A stretch of 63,465 nt of DNA, filler included, from Sphacelaria rigidula (GCA_964200075.2; 9 parts of 9 records of this genome joined end to end with filler, not necessarily neighbours in it); one strand, 5' to 3'. Numbered from the whole stretch's first letter, positions 12,439 to 25,016 are shown. The notes: a model not told the origin generated them from the sequence alone. Translations and numbers: made by a program.

Positions 12439-13948
12439 CTGACATTTCGTGTTTTCGGGGCGAACAATCATCAGCGTAGCATGACTTGGCACACGGAGTT
12501 AACTTCAACGTGTTAGAACTTCAACGTGTTAGGACCTAGCAAGGGAAAATGTCTTATCCTCAACCAGCAACACAAATTTGGGTTTAATATTGACTTGAGT
12601 CTCAGAGGAAGATGTGCGGCCATACGTTTTTGTCATCCCATCAATATATATAAATGGTTCAGCATATGACGCAGGAGTTTTGATTTTCTTGGACAAGCAT
12701 GAGACCAATCCGAGAACACTCATGGCGCACATTAATGGTGGAAGTAGATCGGGTATGCATGGAATATCGACGATAAACATATTTTCATGGCTTCGAGAAA
12801 TGTCTATCCGTTCACCTTTATACTGTTTCCGGCAGAGTTAAAACCGACTTCAGAATAACTTCTCCCAGTCCAAGATATCTTACCTGTCTGTGCAGAAAAA
12901 AATATCCACAGTTCACTAGTTCTTCATCTAATGGTGGCGCATACAAAGCACACTAGCAGATAGAACCATAGCGCCGAACCAGCAGTTCTAAATAAAAGGA
13001 ATCAACTCATCTCGAGGGATCTTTAGCAATCCGATATTCAAGCATGCAGCTGCAGCAGCCAAACTTTCTCGTTTTCCAGCGTTATCACTTCTGCACACCA
13101 TGGGTGCATCAGCACACTGAACGCAGGAAATTTGCTCAACAACAACGACGAGAATGTTGGAGTCCTTTAAGTCTTACCTTTACCCGTGCACGTTTTACTG
13201 GGATTTCAGTGACTCGAGTCCTCTCGCGCGTACGCACTTGCAACATATCCATTTGGCTTCTTACAGTTCCCATTAGAAAAGTCACAAATCACTATCATAA
13301 CGATCAAATTCAGACCAGGCTGTATGTCCGTGTAACGGGAGATTGTGATGTTTCCTATTTTCCCGTACTAAGATACGGCTGGGATATCTAGTCTCCACCC
13401 ATGAACGCCGTCGCTTTCATTCTTGCACTCCACCGATACTGTTATCTCATTTGGACACGCACTACATGACCATGAAAGATCAACGTTGTTATGAAGTGTA
13501 CCGGGGATGCTACGTGCGCATCATCTCCGTGTGAGCCGTTCCGTGGAACAACAAGTACGACAGGGTGCTACTATCTTTGGGCGGCTCTGAAAAGAACGGA
13601 GAGACTTCTTCCCAATGACGGCATCTAGAGAACCGTCAGGATCACAGGGGGATCAGAATCTCATGAGCGTCCGCTGCCGGCATTGATCACCACAAAAGCA
13701 GACGGTTCTTGACACTTTCCACGATAGCCCTCCGCAAAAAAAGCGGCTGGTTTGGGAAGGCAAAATTTACACGTAAATCGAAATGAAAAAAGCCGAGCAC
13801 AACGAGCAGCTGGGAATCCCCACGCTTGGGTTCGTTTTCGCCAACGTCGCCCATATGAAGCGCTCCATGCAGCCTGAAACCAAACATCAGATGCTGTATG
13901 ACTATTTTCTTCGTGACAGTTCTGGGCTGGTTTGGGGGGGGGGGAGCG

Positions 13949-14008
13949 TACTCATTTGTTGCTTGCCTTAGTCGTTTGATCATTGACCACGCATCCATTT
14001 CGGAAGGG
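13949..14008 (+). repeat. Short dispersed repeat (~60 bp) abutting poly-G/C; copies at ~28955, ~29558, ~49510(-), ~55035 and ~63320(-)
   Basis: Consensus TACTCATTTGTTGCTTGCCTTAGTCGTTTGACCATTGACCACGCATCCCTTTCG, seen six times across four contigs. Confidence 0.85.
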
Positions 14009-14126
14009 AGGTGTGGGGGGGGGGGGNNNNNNNNNNNNNNNNNNNNNNNNNNNNNNNNNNNNNNNNNNNNTTAATTAATTAANNNNNNNNNNNNNNNNNN
14101 NNNNNNNNNNNNNNNNNNNNNNNNNN

Positions 14127-17100
14127 AGATCGAAGAGCACGAACTGCTTCCTTTACCATGCGTTCGCACGTACCGTTCGACCACGGCGAATACGCTACTG
14201 CAAACCGGTGATCAACGCGCAAAGCCTCTCGCAACCTAGCCAAGATCGCATTCTTAAAATGCGTGGCGGTATCACTCACCCACACACGGGGCACCCCCAA
14301 AGTTTTGCACCAGCTCAGCAAAGACGTCGCAGTCGATTCAGCAGTACACACTGCTACTGGTTCCAGAGCCACAAAATTGCTCAAATCATCCATGATGACC
14401 AAAATGTATCGGAACCCAGCATCCTCCGACAAACCTTGGGAAGCTAGCGGGCCACTCTCGCCCACGTGCAAGAAGTCAAAATGAACGACTTCATTCGGCG
14501 TGGTCCCATGGACCGTCTCACCGAGCGGGCGGGGAACAACATCGCCCGCCCTCGAGTCAGCACAGTGAAGACACTGGCGGACAAATTCGCGCACATTAGT
14601 TTCTATCCCCTTCCAGACACAAAACTCTTTCAAACGCACGAGCGTCGCATCCACACCTCGATGCCCGGCATCCCGCATGTGCGCACAAATCATCAGACCT
14701 ACCTGCAACTGCTTGTCAGAACTCGGAATCCACAAAACGTTTCGACCACGCACATGCACACGAAACAGACCTTCATTGTCCAAGATAGCAGTATCAACGT
14801 CCGACTCGAAAGATTGCACATCCGCATCCTCGGCCCCAAGGTCGTTTCGTTGCGCTTGGCGGACAACAGATTTGGATGGCATCGAGTCATCAGGTTCGCA
14901 CTGGCCATACACAGCCACAGCGCGCGCAGGCAAAGTAGGAATATTTACCCAGCGCGATAGCAAGTCACCCCACGCTTTACGCTCACCCAAAATATGACAA
15001 ATCGTGTACCGATGCTGTCCTAATACACCCTTCCACCCCTCCAATCGCTGTGCCAACGCTTTCGATACAGACGTTACGCATGCCTGCGGGTTGAAAATGT
15101 ACGCTAGATTTCGGTGATCGGTGAAAATGCGTACGCCATTCCACCATGAATGCTCAAGAAGACGAAAAGTGCTCACGATAGCAAAACCTTCCTTGTCAAT
15201 TTTTGCCCAACGCATCTGTGAATCCTTGAAATTACCACTCAGAAAAACCGGCGGTTCATGCGTCATGTCTTCAACCGGCAACCGTTGTTGTATTCTTGCA
15301 TCAGGCACCTGCGTTACACAACTACCCCAATGGCACTCAAATTCATCCGGAAACATTGACACCTGACAATCTGGACGAGGATGGAGCAGCGTTACTGCAT
15401 CAGCCACCAGATCCTTCGCTGCCGCCCACGCCTGCAGCCTGCCCTCCGTCCACGATGCAGCCTTCTTCGGAAACGCATTATCCGGACTGGACCACCCCGC
15501 CTGCAAATTCCGTAACACCAACCCGAGCGCCAAAAGAGCCGCCATGCACAATGCCAACCAACTCGGCTTCACTGGATCGTACCGCCGCGGCTTCGTCTTC
15601 ACCGCGGACGCCCCAGGTTTTGGCTGAACACGCATGGACTCCACGCGCGCAGGGGGATCACCCCGCAGCGCACGACGAAACGCGTTGACACGGCAATGCA
15701 ATATACCGCGCAGGTACTCCGTTTTTGAGACGCTGAGGCTTTGCGCCCCAGCATCCGTCCCGCTCTCCTCCAGCGCGACTTTCTGAGCGGACTCGTCATC
15801 CGCCAGATCAATAAATATCTCCGGGCCACGCTCCACCACGCGTTCCACCGCCTCATCACGCTCCTCGGACACCTGCCCCTCCGCCTCCTGGAGAGCATCA
15901 ACCGACAAGCTCACTCTACGACTGGCCAAAAAAGCAGGCGTCTCGACACTCGAACCGGGCGACGGCATTTTCGTTTTTAGGGATTCCAACAACCGATCAT
16001 ACGGATCGACTCCGAGTCCCCGAAGCGTCGGTGGGCCCAACAGAACGACACCATCCGTCCCCAGCATGATCGCAAACGATAGTGAGTGTAATTTTGCCGC
16101 CCCCCACGTAGTCAGGAACGCCAACTGTAGGGGAATCGTACGCTCCGTCACATTCATACGTTGCCCCGATGCGGTGATGGCGTTCCGCGCCCCGAGCGAA
16201 AACGGAATTCGGATTTGCTCACCGGGGAGTAGACGCTCCAGCATCTCCACAGTTAGACCGTCATGGTCGTGAAGTGGGCGCCTGAATTCAACACCGCTTT
16301 GACCGATATAGCTCCCCACGCCCATTGATCAGGCAGATATAACTCGGCAGGGACATATTTGTCTTGGTCCTCGACCGGCACCTGCTCCGCCGACTGATTG
16401 TTCGTAATCCTCACTTGGCGCCACGGCTGCGCGCGCGGCGCAGGCAGGGACGCCCGCGCTGGGGTTACCGGCACCACCGGCGGGTACGAAGCCCCGCCCG
16501 CAGAACCAAATTGCAGCGGTACCCCGGCCGGCGCAGCAGCGGATTTAAATTGCAGCTGATAACCGGCCGGCTCCGCAGCCGGCGTTTCGCCTTGCTCCGC
16601 TGCCGGCGACGCCGGCACCGAGCCCGACACTAGAGAGGTCGGTCCCACCTGCACCACCCGTTGCGGAGCAGCAGTTCCTGCGGCTGAACCGAACCCAAAA
16701 CCGGACCCCTGCTGACGCCGCTGCCCCTGCTGCTGGGAAGTCGACTGTGCACCTCCACCGCTGGAGGATCCGCCGCCGCCACCACCACGACTACCTCGTC
16801 TTTTGTGATTGCGAGGGCGCGTGGCATTCGTCTGCCCAGACTCCCGTTTAGAAGGCGTTGGGCACTTCCGTGCGATGTGATCGACCTGGCCACACTGAAA
16901 GCAAGTAAAATTGGAGGCAGCACTGCCTGCGGATTTTGATCCGCGGTTACGCGAGCTCGAAGACTGCGGCGACGAAGTGGATGATTTTCCGAATACTTCG
17001 ACGCGCCGCCATGCCTGAGCTTCAGCCACCACGGTATCCATGACTTAATACGAGCCCGACTTCCAATTTGTTCCGTGCTGTAACTGTCCAAGCACGGCCT

Positions 17101-17920
17101 GCTTAAATTCCGCCGGTGCCAGACCCTCCACCATCGCTTTGGTGACCACCGCAGCGGGCCCTGAGCAAAATTTCCCATCGGACGAACGATAAATCATCTT
17201 TACGTTGGGATTTTCCGCAGAATACGTTTTCATCTTACCCATTGTGGGCTCCACCCTCTCACGCATGGTCCTCCCCTTGTGGTTCATCGCGACAGCCTTT
17301 GCCACGGCCGCGGACACCTGAGTAAGCTCTACCTCTGCGCCTGTCGCATGCCCTGCGTGCTTCTTTATCGCTGCGGCCAACTGCAGCGGCGTTATGGTAT
17401 GCTTTTCATGGAACCGTCTCGCGAAGACGCGTTGCAAGGGTGTAGGCACTAATTGCGCCATCGAAACCACCTGATGCCTCACCGCACCCTCTGCATTCGC
17501 ATGCTCCACCCTCCTTTTGCATTCCATGTATCTCGTGTAAAACGATCGAGAGGCACCCTCAAAATACAAACTCCCGTAACTGGGCGGCCGCAACTCTTCC
17601 GTTAGAACGACTGGGGTTACAGTAGTTTCTGCTGGCTCTATTGTCGGTACCTCCATAGTCGACATTCTTGAGCCTAAATCGAAGATTTCTCAAACCTTCT
17701 GGAACTTCAGTTGACACCTGCTTTCTTCGCCGCTCCAACACAGCCCTGGGGTCGTATAAACGCCCGCTGTAGGCAGCTCCAGCAAGTCTCCAGTCTGGAT
17801 CAATCACGGGCCAGCTGCTTTTTCAGCTACCTCAGCTTGAAGCCTCCTCACGCGTCCGTGAAGCTCTGTGCCCGAAGCTAATCACTAGTTGTCCAGACTC
17901 TCCCTGCTAACATTTTTCAG
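14127..17920 (-). mobile_element. Ty3/Gypsy LTR retrotransposon internal region: gag (Zn knuckle), protease, RT deleted, RNase H, integrase; truncated at the contig end
   Basis: CFQCGQVDHIARKC knuckle; AVLNSGA protease motif; IFTDHRNLAYIF RNase H; H..GHRG..CQ/CLHC zinc-binding domain; VHFDF, WVSDTATHF and SNGTCERM integrase core. Order is PR-(RT)-RH-INT. Frameshifts or stops near 16255 and 17043. Confidence 0.92.
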
Positions 17921-17967
17921 CAGTCTCAAACGATAGTATCTACTAGCACGTCAGCACTAGCACTAAT

Positions 17968-19598
17968 ATCGTTTGCGATCATGCTGGGGACGGATGGTGT
18001 CGCTCCGTTGGGCCTACCGACGCTTCGGGGACTCAGAGTCGATCCGTATAATCGGTTGTTGGAGTCCCTAAAAAGGAAAATGCCGTCGCCCGGTTCGAGT
18101 GTCGAGACGCCTGCTTTTTTGGCCAGTCGCAGAGTGAGCTTGTCGGTTGATGCTCTCCAGGAGGCGGGGGGGCAGGTGTCCGAGGAGCGTGATGAGGCGG
18201 TGGAACGCTTGGTGGAGCGTGGCCCGGAGATATTTATTGATCCGGCGGATGAGGAGTCCGCTCGGAAAGTCGCGCTGGAGGAGAGCGTGACGGATGCTGG
18301 GGCGCAAAGCCTCAGCGTCTCAAAAGCGGAGCGCCTGCGCGGTGTATTGCATCGCCGCATCAACGCGTTTCGTCGTGCGCTGCGGGGTGATCCCCCTGCG
18401 CGCGTGAAGCCCATGCGTATTCAGCCAAAACCTGGGGCGTCCGCGGTGAAGACGAAGCCGCGGAGGTACGATCCAGTGAAGCCGAGTTGGTTGGTATTGT
18501 GCATGGCGGCTCTTTTGGCGCTCGGGTTGGTGTTACGGAATTTGCAGGCGGGGTGGTCCAGCCCGGATAATGCGTTTCCGAAGAAGGCTGCATCGTGGAC
18601 GGAGGGCAGGCTGCAGGTGTGGGCGGCAGCGAAGGATCTGGTGGCTGATGCAGTGACACCGCTCCATCCTCGTCCAGATTGTCAGGTGTCAATGTTTCCG
18701 GATGCATTTGAGTGCAATAGGGGGAGTTTTGTAACGCAGGTGCCTGATGCCGAAATGCAACAACGGTTGCCGGTTGAAGACATGACGCATGAACCGCTGG
18801 CTTTTCTGAGTGGTAATTTCAAGGGTTCACAGATGCATTGGGCAAAAATTGACAAAAAAAAATGCTATCGTGAGCATTTTTCGTCGTCTTGAGCATTTTT
18901 CGTGGAATACCGTACACATTTTCAATGATCACCGAAATCTAGCGTACATTTTCAACCCGGAGGCATGCGTGACGTCCGTGTCAAAGGCGTTGGCACAGCG
19001 ATTGGAGGGGTGGAAAGGAGTATTAGGACAGTATCGGTACACGATTTGTCATATTTCGGGCGAGCGTAACGCGTGGGGTGACTTGCTGTAGCGCTGGGTA
19101 AATATGCCCACTTTGCCTGCGCGCGCTGTGGCTGTGTATGACCCGTGCGAACCTGATGACTCGATGCCGTCCAAATCTGTTGTCCGCCAAGCGCAACGAA
19201 AAGACCTTGGGGCCGAAGATGCGGATGTGCAATCTTTCGAGTCGGACGTTGGTACTGCTATCTTGGACAATGAAGGTCTGTTTGGTGTGCATGTGTGTGG
19301 TCGAAGCGTTTTGTGGATTCCGAGTTCTGACAAGCAGTTGCAGGTACGCTTGATGATTTAAGCGCACATGCGCGATGCCGGGCATCGTGGTGTGGATGCG
19401 ACGCTCGTGCGCTTGCAAGAGTTGTGTGTCTGGCAGGGGATAGAACCTAATGTGCGCGAATTTGTCGGCCAGTGTCTTCACTGTGCTGACTCAAGGGCGG
19501 GCGATGTTGTTCCCCGCCCGCTCGGTGAAACGGTCCATGGGACTACGCCGAATGAAGCCGTTCACTTTGACTTCTTACACGTGGGCGAGAGTGGCCCG
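17968..19598 (+). mobile_element. Second, inverted copy of the RT-less Gypsy pol segment (pseudogenised)
   Basis: Reverse-complement match to 14448-16080 with the same PKKAASWT junction. Frameshift at the A-run near 18860 and stops at ~19090 and ~19360. Confidence 0.92.
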
Positions 19599-19601
19599 AA
19601 G

Positions 19602-19756
19602 CACCCCTATCGTTAGGGTTAGTGTTAGTGTTGGGGTTAGGGTCAGGGGCGTGGTCCCTCCAGGGACTGGCCCGACTGGTGTTGAAAAACGTCGATCCTG
19701 AGGTGTCTCGAGTTACGATGCGGTCCTCTAAGCACGCGGTCCTCTCACGCATTACA
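19602..19756 (-). mobile_element. Truncated copy of the ~210-bp MITE carrying telomere-like repeats
   Basis: Reverse-complement match to 20053-20200; contains GTTAGGGTTAGTGTTAGTGTTGGGGTTAGGG. Confidence 0.7.
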
Positions 19757-20052
19757 CTGTGTTCCGGGTTCGGGAGATCAACGAGGCTCCACCGTTCATG
19801 TTTGCGTGTGCTTGGTTGTGTCACACCCTTGCACTGTATGCGCCTCGCGGTTGCTGCGTTGATGGTCTCCTTCGGGGGAACAGATTGCCGTTTATTTCGC
19901 GCGAATCAAGTAGAAAAAGCTCAGTCGAGTGGCCAACGCCGATTTGCTGCAGCAGATTCTTCGGCGATCTTCTTTTTTTGGGGGGGGGGTGGTATCGCAC
20001 CGATCAATTACACAGGGCAAAGATAGCGAACCAAAGGGTATGGCTAGAATGT

Positions 20053-20263
20053 TGTAGTGCGTGAGAGGACCGCGTGCTTAGGGGACCGCATCGTAGTTCA
20101 AAACACCTCAGGATCAATCTTTTTCAAAACAAATCGGGCCAGTACCTGCAGGGACTACACCCCGGACCCTAACCCCAACACTAATCCTAACCCTGACCCT
20201 AAGCATTCGGATGTTCGAATTCCGATGCTGGCCCCTAAGCACGCGGTCCTCTCACGCATTACA
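20053..20263 (+). mobile_element. MITE (~210 bp) with 32-bp TIRs and internal CCCTAA-like repeats; another copy at 20415-20624
   Basis: TGTAGTGCGTGAGAGGACCGCGTGCTTAGGGG ... CCCCTAAGCACGCGGTCCTCTCACGCATTACA. Confidence 0.8.
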
Positions 20264-21537
20264 ATAGCATACCCTTCGTAGATTTTTTTCTCGACAGACG
20301 GGCCTCTATAATATCATGGATTGGTTGGCCGTTTCATTGATGTCTGCCTTGATTGAATGAATGATCGCCGCACATTAACATTAAGTGATTCCCGGGGGAT
20401 CCAGCCGTGATGGGTGCAGTGCGTGACAGGACCGCGTCCCTAGAGGGCCGCATCGTAGTTCAAAACACCTCAGGATCGATGATTTTCAAAAGAAATCAAG
20501 CTAGTCCCTGCAGGGACCACGCATCTGACCCTAGCCCCAACACTAGCCCTCAAACCTAACCTAACCACAGGGGTGTTTAAACTCCGATAGGATCCCCTAA
20601 GCACGCGGTCCTCCTACGCATTAAAATGAGCACAAGATAGACGCCCCCAAGGTGAACGAGACGGAAACTCTCGCTGTACGAGCTGGGCCAGCCTAGAAGT
20701 GAATCTGTAGGTTGCAGGCAGATTATCACCTCAAGTGTGACAAGAGTAGTTGTACTCAAAGTTAGCATGGAGAATCGCCAGGGCATGATAAAAAAAATAT
20801 GAAAGTACAGATGTTGAGACATTGAGATCTGTTTTTATGAGTTGAACCTTATTTGACCGCCATGCGGGTAGTCAGTTCATCTGGATCACGCATATTGTTT
20901 CATATCAAATTGGTGCCGATTCAGCAGGTGACCTACCCTCGCGGTCAAAGGGGTAAGGCAGAGGTGCACGAAGAAAAAACCTACACCTGCGTATCCACTT
21001 TTTATTTTATTTTGACCTCTCAGGGGGGGAGTAGGGTACTACATGACCCCCCCCCCCCCTCCCCCCCCCACGTCATATGAACTCCCCAANNNNNNNNNNN
21101 NNNNNNNNNNNNNNNNNNNNNNNNNNNNNNNNNTTAATTAATTAANNNNNNNNNNNNNNNNNNNNNNNNNNNNNNNNNNNNNNNNNNNNCGTAGTGTTTA
21201 CATGGTGAGAGACCCATGAGGCAGTGTATAAGCTGTGGCTGTCTCTGGATGTGGCGATACCTGAAAATGAAGCAACTCATTGCAGGCTGTCATCCATATG
21301 CAAGATAATCGGTAGGCTTCGTGCCGAACAATCTTAGCAGGATGCAGCTCGCCGTTAATGCGACTCGCCGAACACACCATGGCGCTTTGCACTTGGTTTG
21401 AGTGCGAGCCTGGTCCGGCGAAAACCCGGCATGCTCCGTCCTTGTAGGGATGCGAGGTCAATAGTCTTATGGCTATGGCATGCATGACCATGCGTACACC
21501 CCCCCCCCCCCCCCCCCCAATCTTCCGACCGGCCCAG

Positions 21538-21672
21538 GCACTGCCGCAGCGCAAGCGGCGGCCATCGCGGCGTCTGAAATTCACGGTACGGGCAGGAAGA
21601 AGGGGAAGGAAAAAGTGCACGAAAATAGGTGGAAAGTGGCAGCGGATGCTGCTGCCAACGCATCCAAACACG
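21538..21672 (+). CDS. NAT10: NAT10 exon (variable insert region)
   Basis: cag|GC...CAC G|gtgagt, 135 nt. Encodes TAAAQAAAIAASEIHGTGRKKGKEKVHENRWKVAADAAANASKH; phase 1 joins the 26412 exon. Confidence 0.65.
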
Positions 21673-22574
21673 GTGAGTCAGTCGTGCCCGATCTTGAGCT
21701 TTTGCGGAGGAAACACACCAGCGGTAGATCCAGTGTGAAAACACTAGCGGTAGAACAGTGATCGGCTTGCTTCTAGTGGGGTCAAATGTTATATATATAT
21801 ATATATATATCTTTCTGGTTCATCCCGGTGAATGTTGGTCGCAGTTTGGTGCCTCGCTTTCGCAAGGTTGAGGGGTCAGAGCTCATACGCGAAAATGATT
21901 TGTGGCAGAAATAGATGAGCCGCAATCTGTCCCCACTGCATTTTTTCCTTTTCCCGATTGGGTACGAATGAAATTGTGTGCTGTTGCGCAAACGATCTTT
22001 TCCACCTGAAAGCCATGTTGAGAGGGGTGGCCATTTCTAGTTCTTTTTTCTTGTCTTTTTTTTGTTTTCCTTCAGTGTACTACTCTTCCTGCCTGTCCCA
22101 TATTTCTGTTTCCTTCACTTTCATCCGGCGAGTGTTCACGCTTTGTGTTCACTCGGGTACGTCTGTCATGTGACCGTGGCTGGATCCCTGAGGGATTGGA
22201 CCAGTTGATGTGCGACAGTCAATCAATCCGTCAATCGAGCGGTAGCTTTTTTTGTTTTGTTTCGGTGAAGTCGGACAATCAGTACTCGTGGACAGGAGCA
22301 ACCCCTGATTTATCTGTCGCCATAAAAATACCACTTGCCGAAATTCAGCATCTATTCCTTTTTTTTTTCTTCTCATATTTTCGGCGGGGAGGAAGGAAGG
22401 GTCCCGACAGTTCCCCGATCGCTCAGCAGCTTGTAAGCAGCAAGCAGCAGGGCGCGTTTTTTTCGTTCGTTGTTGTCGAAACCAACGTTTGCCTCGCCAG
22501 CGTCGACTTCCGCTCAGCCAACACACGCTTTGCCGGAAATACTCAATCCAAGCGATTATCTGGACTTAATTAAC

Positions 22575-22945
22575 ATCGGGTCGTTCGAGTCGGGGTGCTC
22601 TGAACTCGAGTAATTGACGCCTTGCAGTCTGAATTCGGATCATTTCGGCTATTAAATGCTGGTGGGTTTAGATTGAACGTGCAGTAATCCAGTGGTTATG
22701 GCGGGCAATACTCATCTGGATTATACTAAGTTGGAATCGTTTGAGTCAGGATGCTCTAAACTCAAGTATTTATCGTCTTGTAGTCTAACCTCAAGTTGTT
22801 TAGGCTGTTAAAAACTGGTGGGTTTTATTTAGACTGACCATGCTGCTGCTGGTGATCGGGGCCGGTTATGCTTGGTCCGTGTGACTTTATCGACCACACC
22901 AATTCAAAGTCATTAGGGTCGGGGTACTGTGAACTCAAGTAATAC
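22575..22945. repeat. Degenerate ~160-bp tandem duplication
   Basis: GAGTCGGGGTGCTCTGAACTCGAGTAAT...GCTGGTGGGTTT recurs near 22587 and 22744, and partially at ~22918. Confidence 0.5.
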
Positions 22946-23221
22946 AGATCGTGTATTCCAAAGACATATCATTCACTATTACGTAGCTTTTATCACATCC
23001 ATACTGATTCCAAGTGATTTTCGCCCTCTGACTTTTCCCCCAAAAATCCATCCGCGGTTGGTCACAAGGTACGTATATGCTCGCTGGAGGAACCCGTCGA
23101 AATACGACACGAACGGAACGACTTGAAAATAAGGAGGAAGGAACTGGAGTACCCTCTCATCCCCCCTCCTTTCTTTCGCCCCTATGAGTTTTTGTCTTCC
23201 TTGGCGCGGGGTTTTATGTTC

Positions 23222-23427
23222 GGACGGCAGGTCGAGTAGAGTATACTCAATTGCGGGGTATTTTGAAAGGCGTACTTGAGGTACTCGAATTAGGGTCGAG
23301 TGTCACGAGTCGTACCCAAAAAATAAATGGAAAGCAATCCGTAAGACCCTACCTCCGATTTGTGTACTTTCAAGTACGGCTTTCAAAAAATCCCGCAATT
23401 GAGTATACTCAACTCGACTTGCCCGTG
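23222..23427. mobile_element. hAT-like MITE
   Basis: TIRs GGCAGGTCGAGTAGAGTATACTCAATTGCGGG / CCCGCAATTGAGTATACTCAACTCGACTTGCC, flanked by TTATGTT on both sides. Termini are shared with 26894-27226. Confidence 0.65.
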
Positions 23428-23534
23428 TTATGTTTGCAGTTACGGCTACCCGTGCTTTGTTGCGTCATCATTTATTAGTGTTTTGCCGCATGTTTTTCGG
23501 GTTCTTCAGCTTTACATGCAATTCGTTAAGATTA

Positions 23535-25016
23535 CACACGCTGGATAATGGCAATACATGATCAGTAGATGCAGCAGACAAGAAATGTGATGATAGCAAT
23601 ATATGATCAATAGATGCAATAGAGAAGAAGTGTGCTAGTGGCAATATAGGATCAACAGATTCAATATACTATAAGTGTGCTCATGACAATATATGGTCAA
23701 TAGATGCACTAGACAAGAAGTGTGCTCATGACAATATATGATCTACAGATGCAACAGACAAAAAAGTGTACTCGGTAAAGTATAGGCCTATTGCAACTGT
23801 TGTTGACCGACAATATCAATAGTTCCAATAGGCCCACACTTTACCCAGTATATTTTTGCCCATTGCATCCACATATTGACCATATATTGCACACGTCGGA
23901 CAGATAAGCTCCCTGTAGCTCGAGGTAGCTTTTTTTAAGCGTAGCTTCCTAGTGAGCTATGAAAGCTACATGAGCTACACATGTTTTTCCTAGGGTGAGC
24001 TATGAGAGCTGTATGAGCTACGCATGTTTACCGTACTTGAGCTACCAACCCGTAGCTCATCAGCTTATATTCGCCCTGGGTGAGCCATGAGAGCTGCATA
24101 CGCTACACATGTTTGCCCCCGATGAGCTATGAGAGATGCATGAGCTACATATATTTGCCCTGGATGAGCTATGAGAGATGCCTGAGCTACAGATATTTGT
24201 CCTGGATGAGCTATGAGAGCTATGAGAGCTACAATTGCCTATTCCTTTGACCGCGAGGGTAGGAGATCTCTGAATCGGCATCATTCACACCCGAAAAATC
24301 GAGTGAATTATGCTGATTCATCAGATCGCCAACCCTCGCGGTCGAAGGGCTAGCCCCTTGACAGCGAACATGAGTCATATGTTGAATCGGCCCCAATTTC
24401 AATTGAAAAACATATGCATAACCAGATGGACTCGTACCCGCGCGGCCTACCGATCAAAGGAATGAATCGGTCGATTATTGTAGCTGAATACTGATACTTT
24501 TTTTAACCATCCGACCAAGCGAACGAGGATGTGTTGGCTTCTTTTCTTCCTATCGCGAAGAGTGAGGTAAAACATCACATCCTAATGATATGTGACACCA
24601 CCCGTCCGAACAAGAATGTTGCATCATAAGCGACACCAGCGAGCTTGGCATATGACGTGAGTGAGTCACGGCCATGTTTCCCCCAGGTGAGCTATGGGAG
24701 CTGTATGAGCTACACGTGTTTGCCTTGGGTGAGCTATAGAGCGTAGCTTATCCGCACATGTTTTCCCTGGGTGAGCTATGGGAGCTGTATGAGCTACGCA
24801 CGTTTGCGATAGGTGAGCTTCCAACCCGTAGCTCATCAGCTCAGATTCGCCCTGGCTGAGCTACCAACTCGTAGCTCATCAGCGCCCGTTTGCCTTGTGG
24901 TGAGCTATCGGACGTAGCTCACATGTGCATGTTTGACTACAAGTGAGCTACCGCCAGCAGATGAGCGAGCTCATAAGCTGTCCTACGTGTGATATATTGC
25001 CATCGTTCAGTGTGTG
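23535..25016. mobile_element. Outer hAT-like non-autonomous element containing a 45-bp minisatellite, interrupted by a nested element
   Basis: TIRs CACACGCTGGATAATGGCAATA / TATTGCCATCGTTCAGTGTGTG; 8-bp flanks TAAGATTA and AAAGATTA. 45-bp units start at 23551, 23596, 23641, 23686 and 23731. Confidence 0.7.
23890..24991. mobile_element. Inner hAT-like element rich in GAGCTA/TAGCTC repeats
   Basis: TIRs CACACGTCGGACAG / CTGTCCTACGTGTG; perfect 8-bp TSD ATATATTG at 23882-23889 and 24992-24999. Confidence 0.82.

Noticed and set aside
19612..19648. True telomere or chromosome end
   Set aside because: The TTAGGG-like units are short, degenerate and internal to a repeated MITE.
23551..23775. CRISPR-like 45-bp repeats
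   Set aside because: The units are head-to-tail with no unique spacers, and they lie inside a TIR element.
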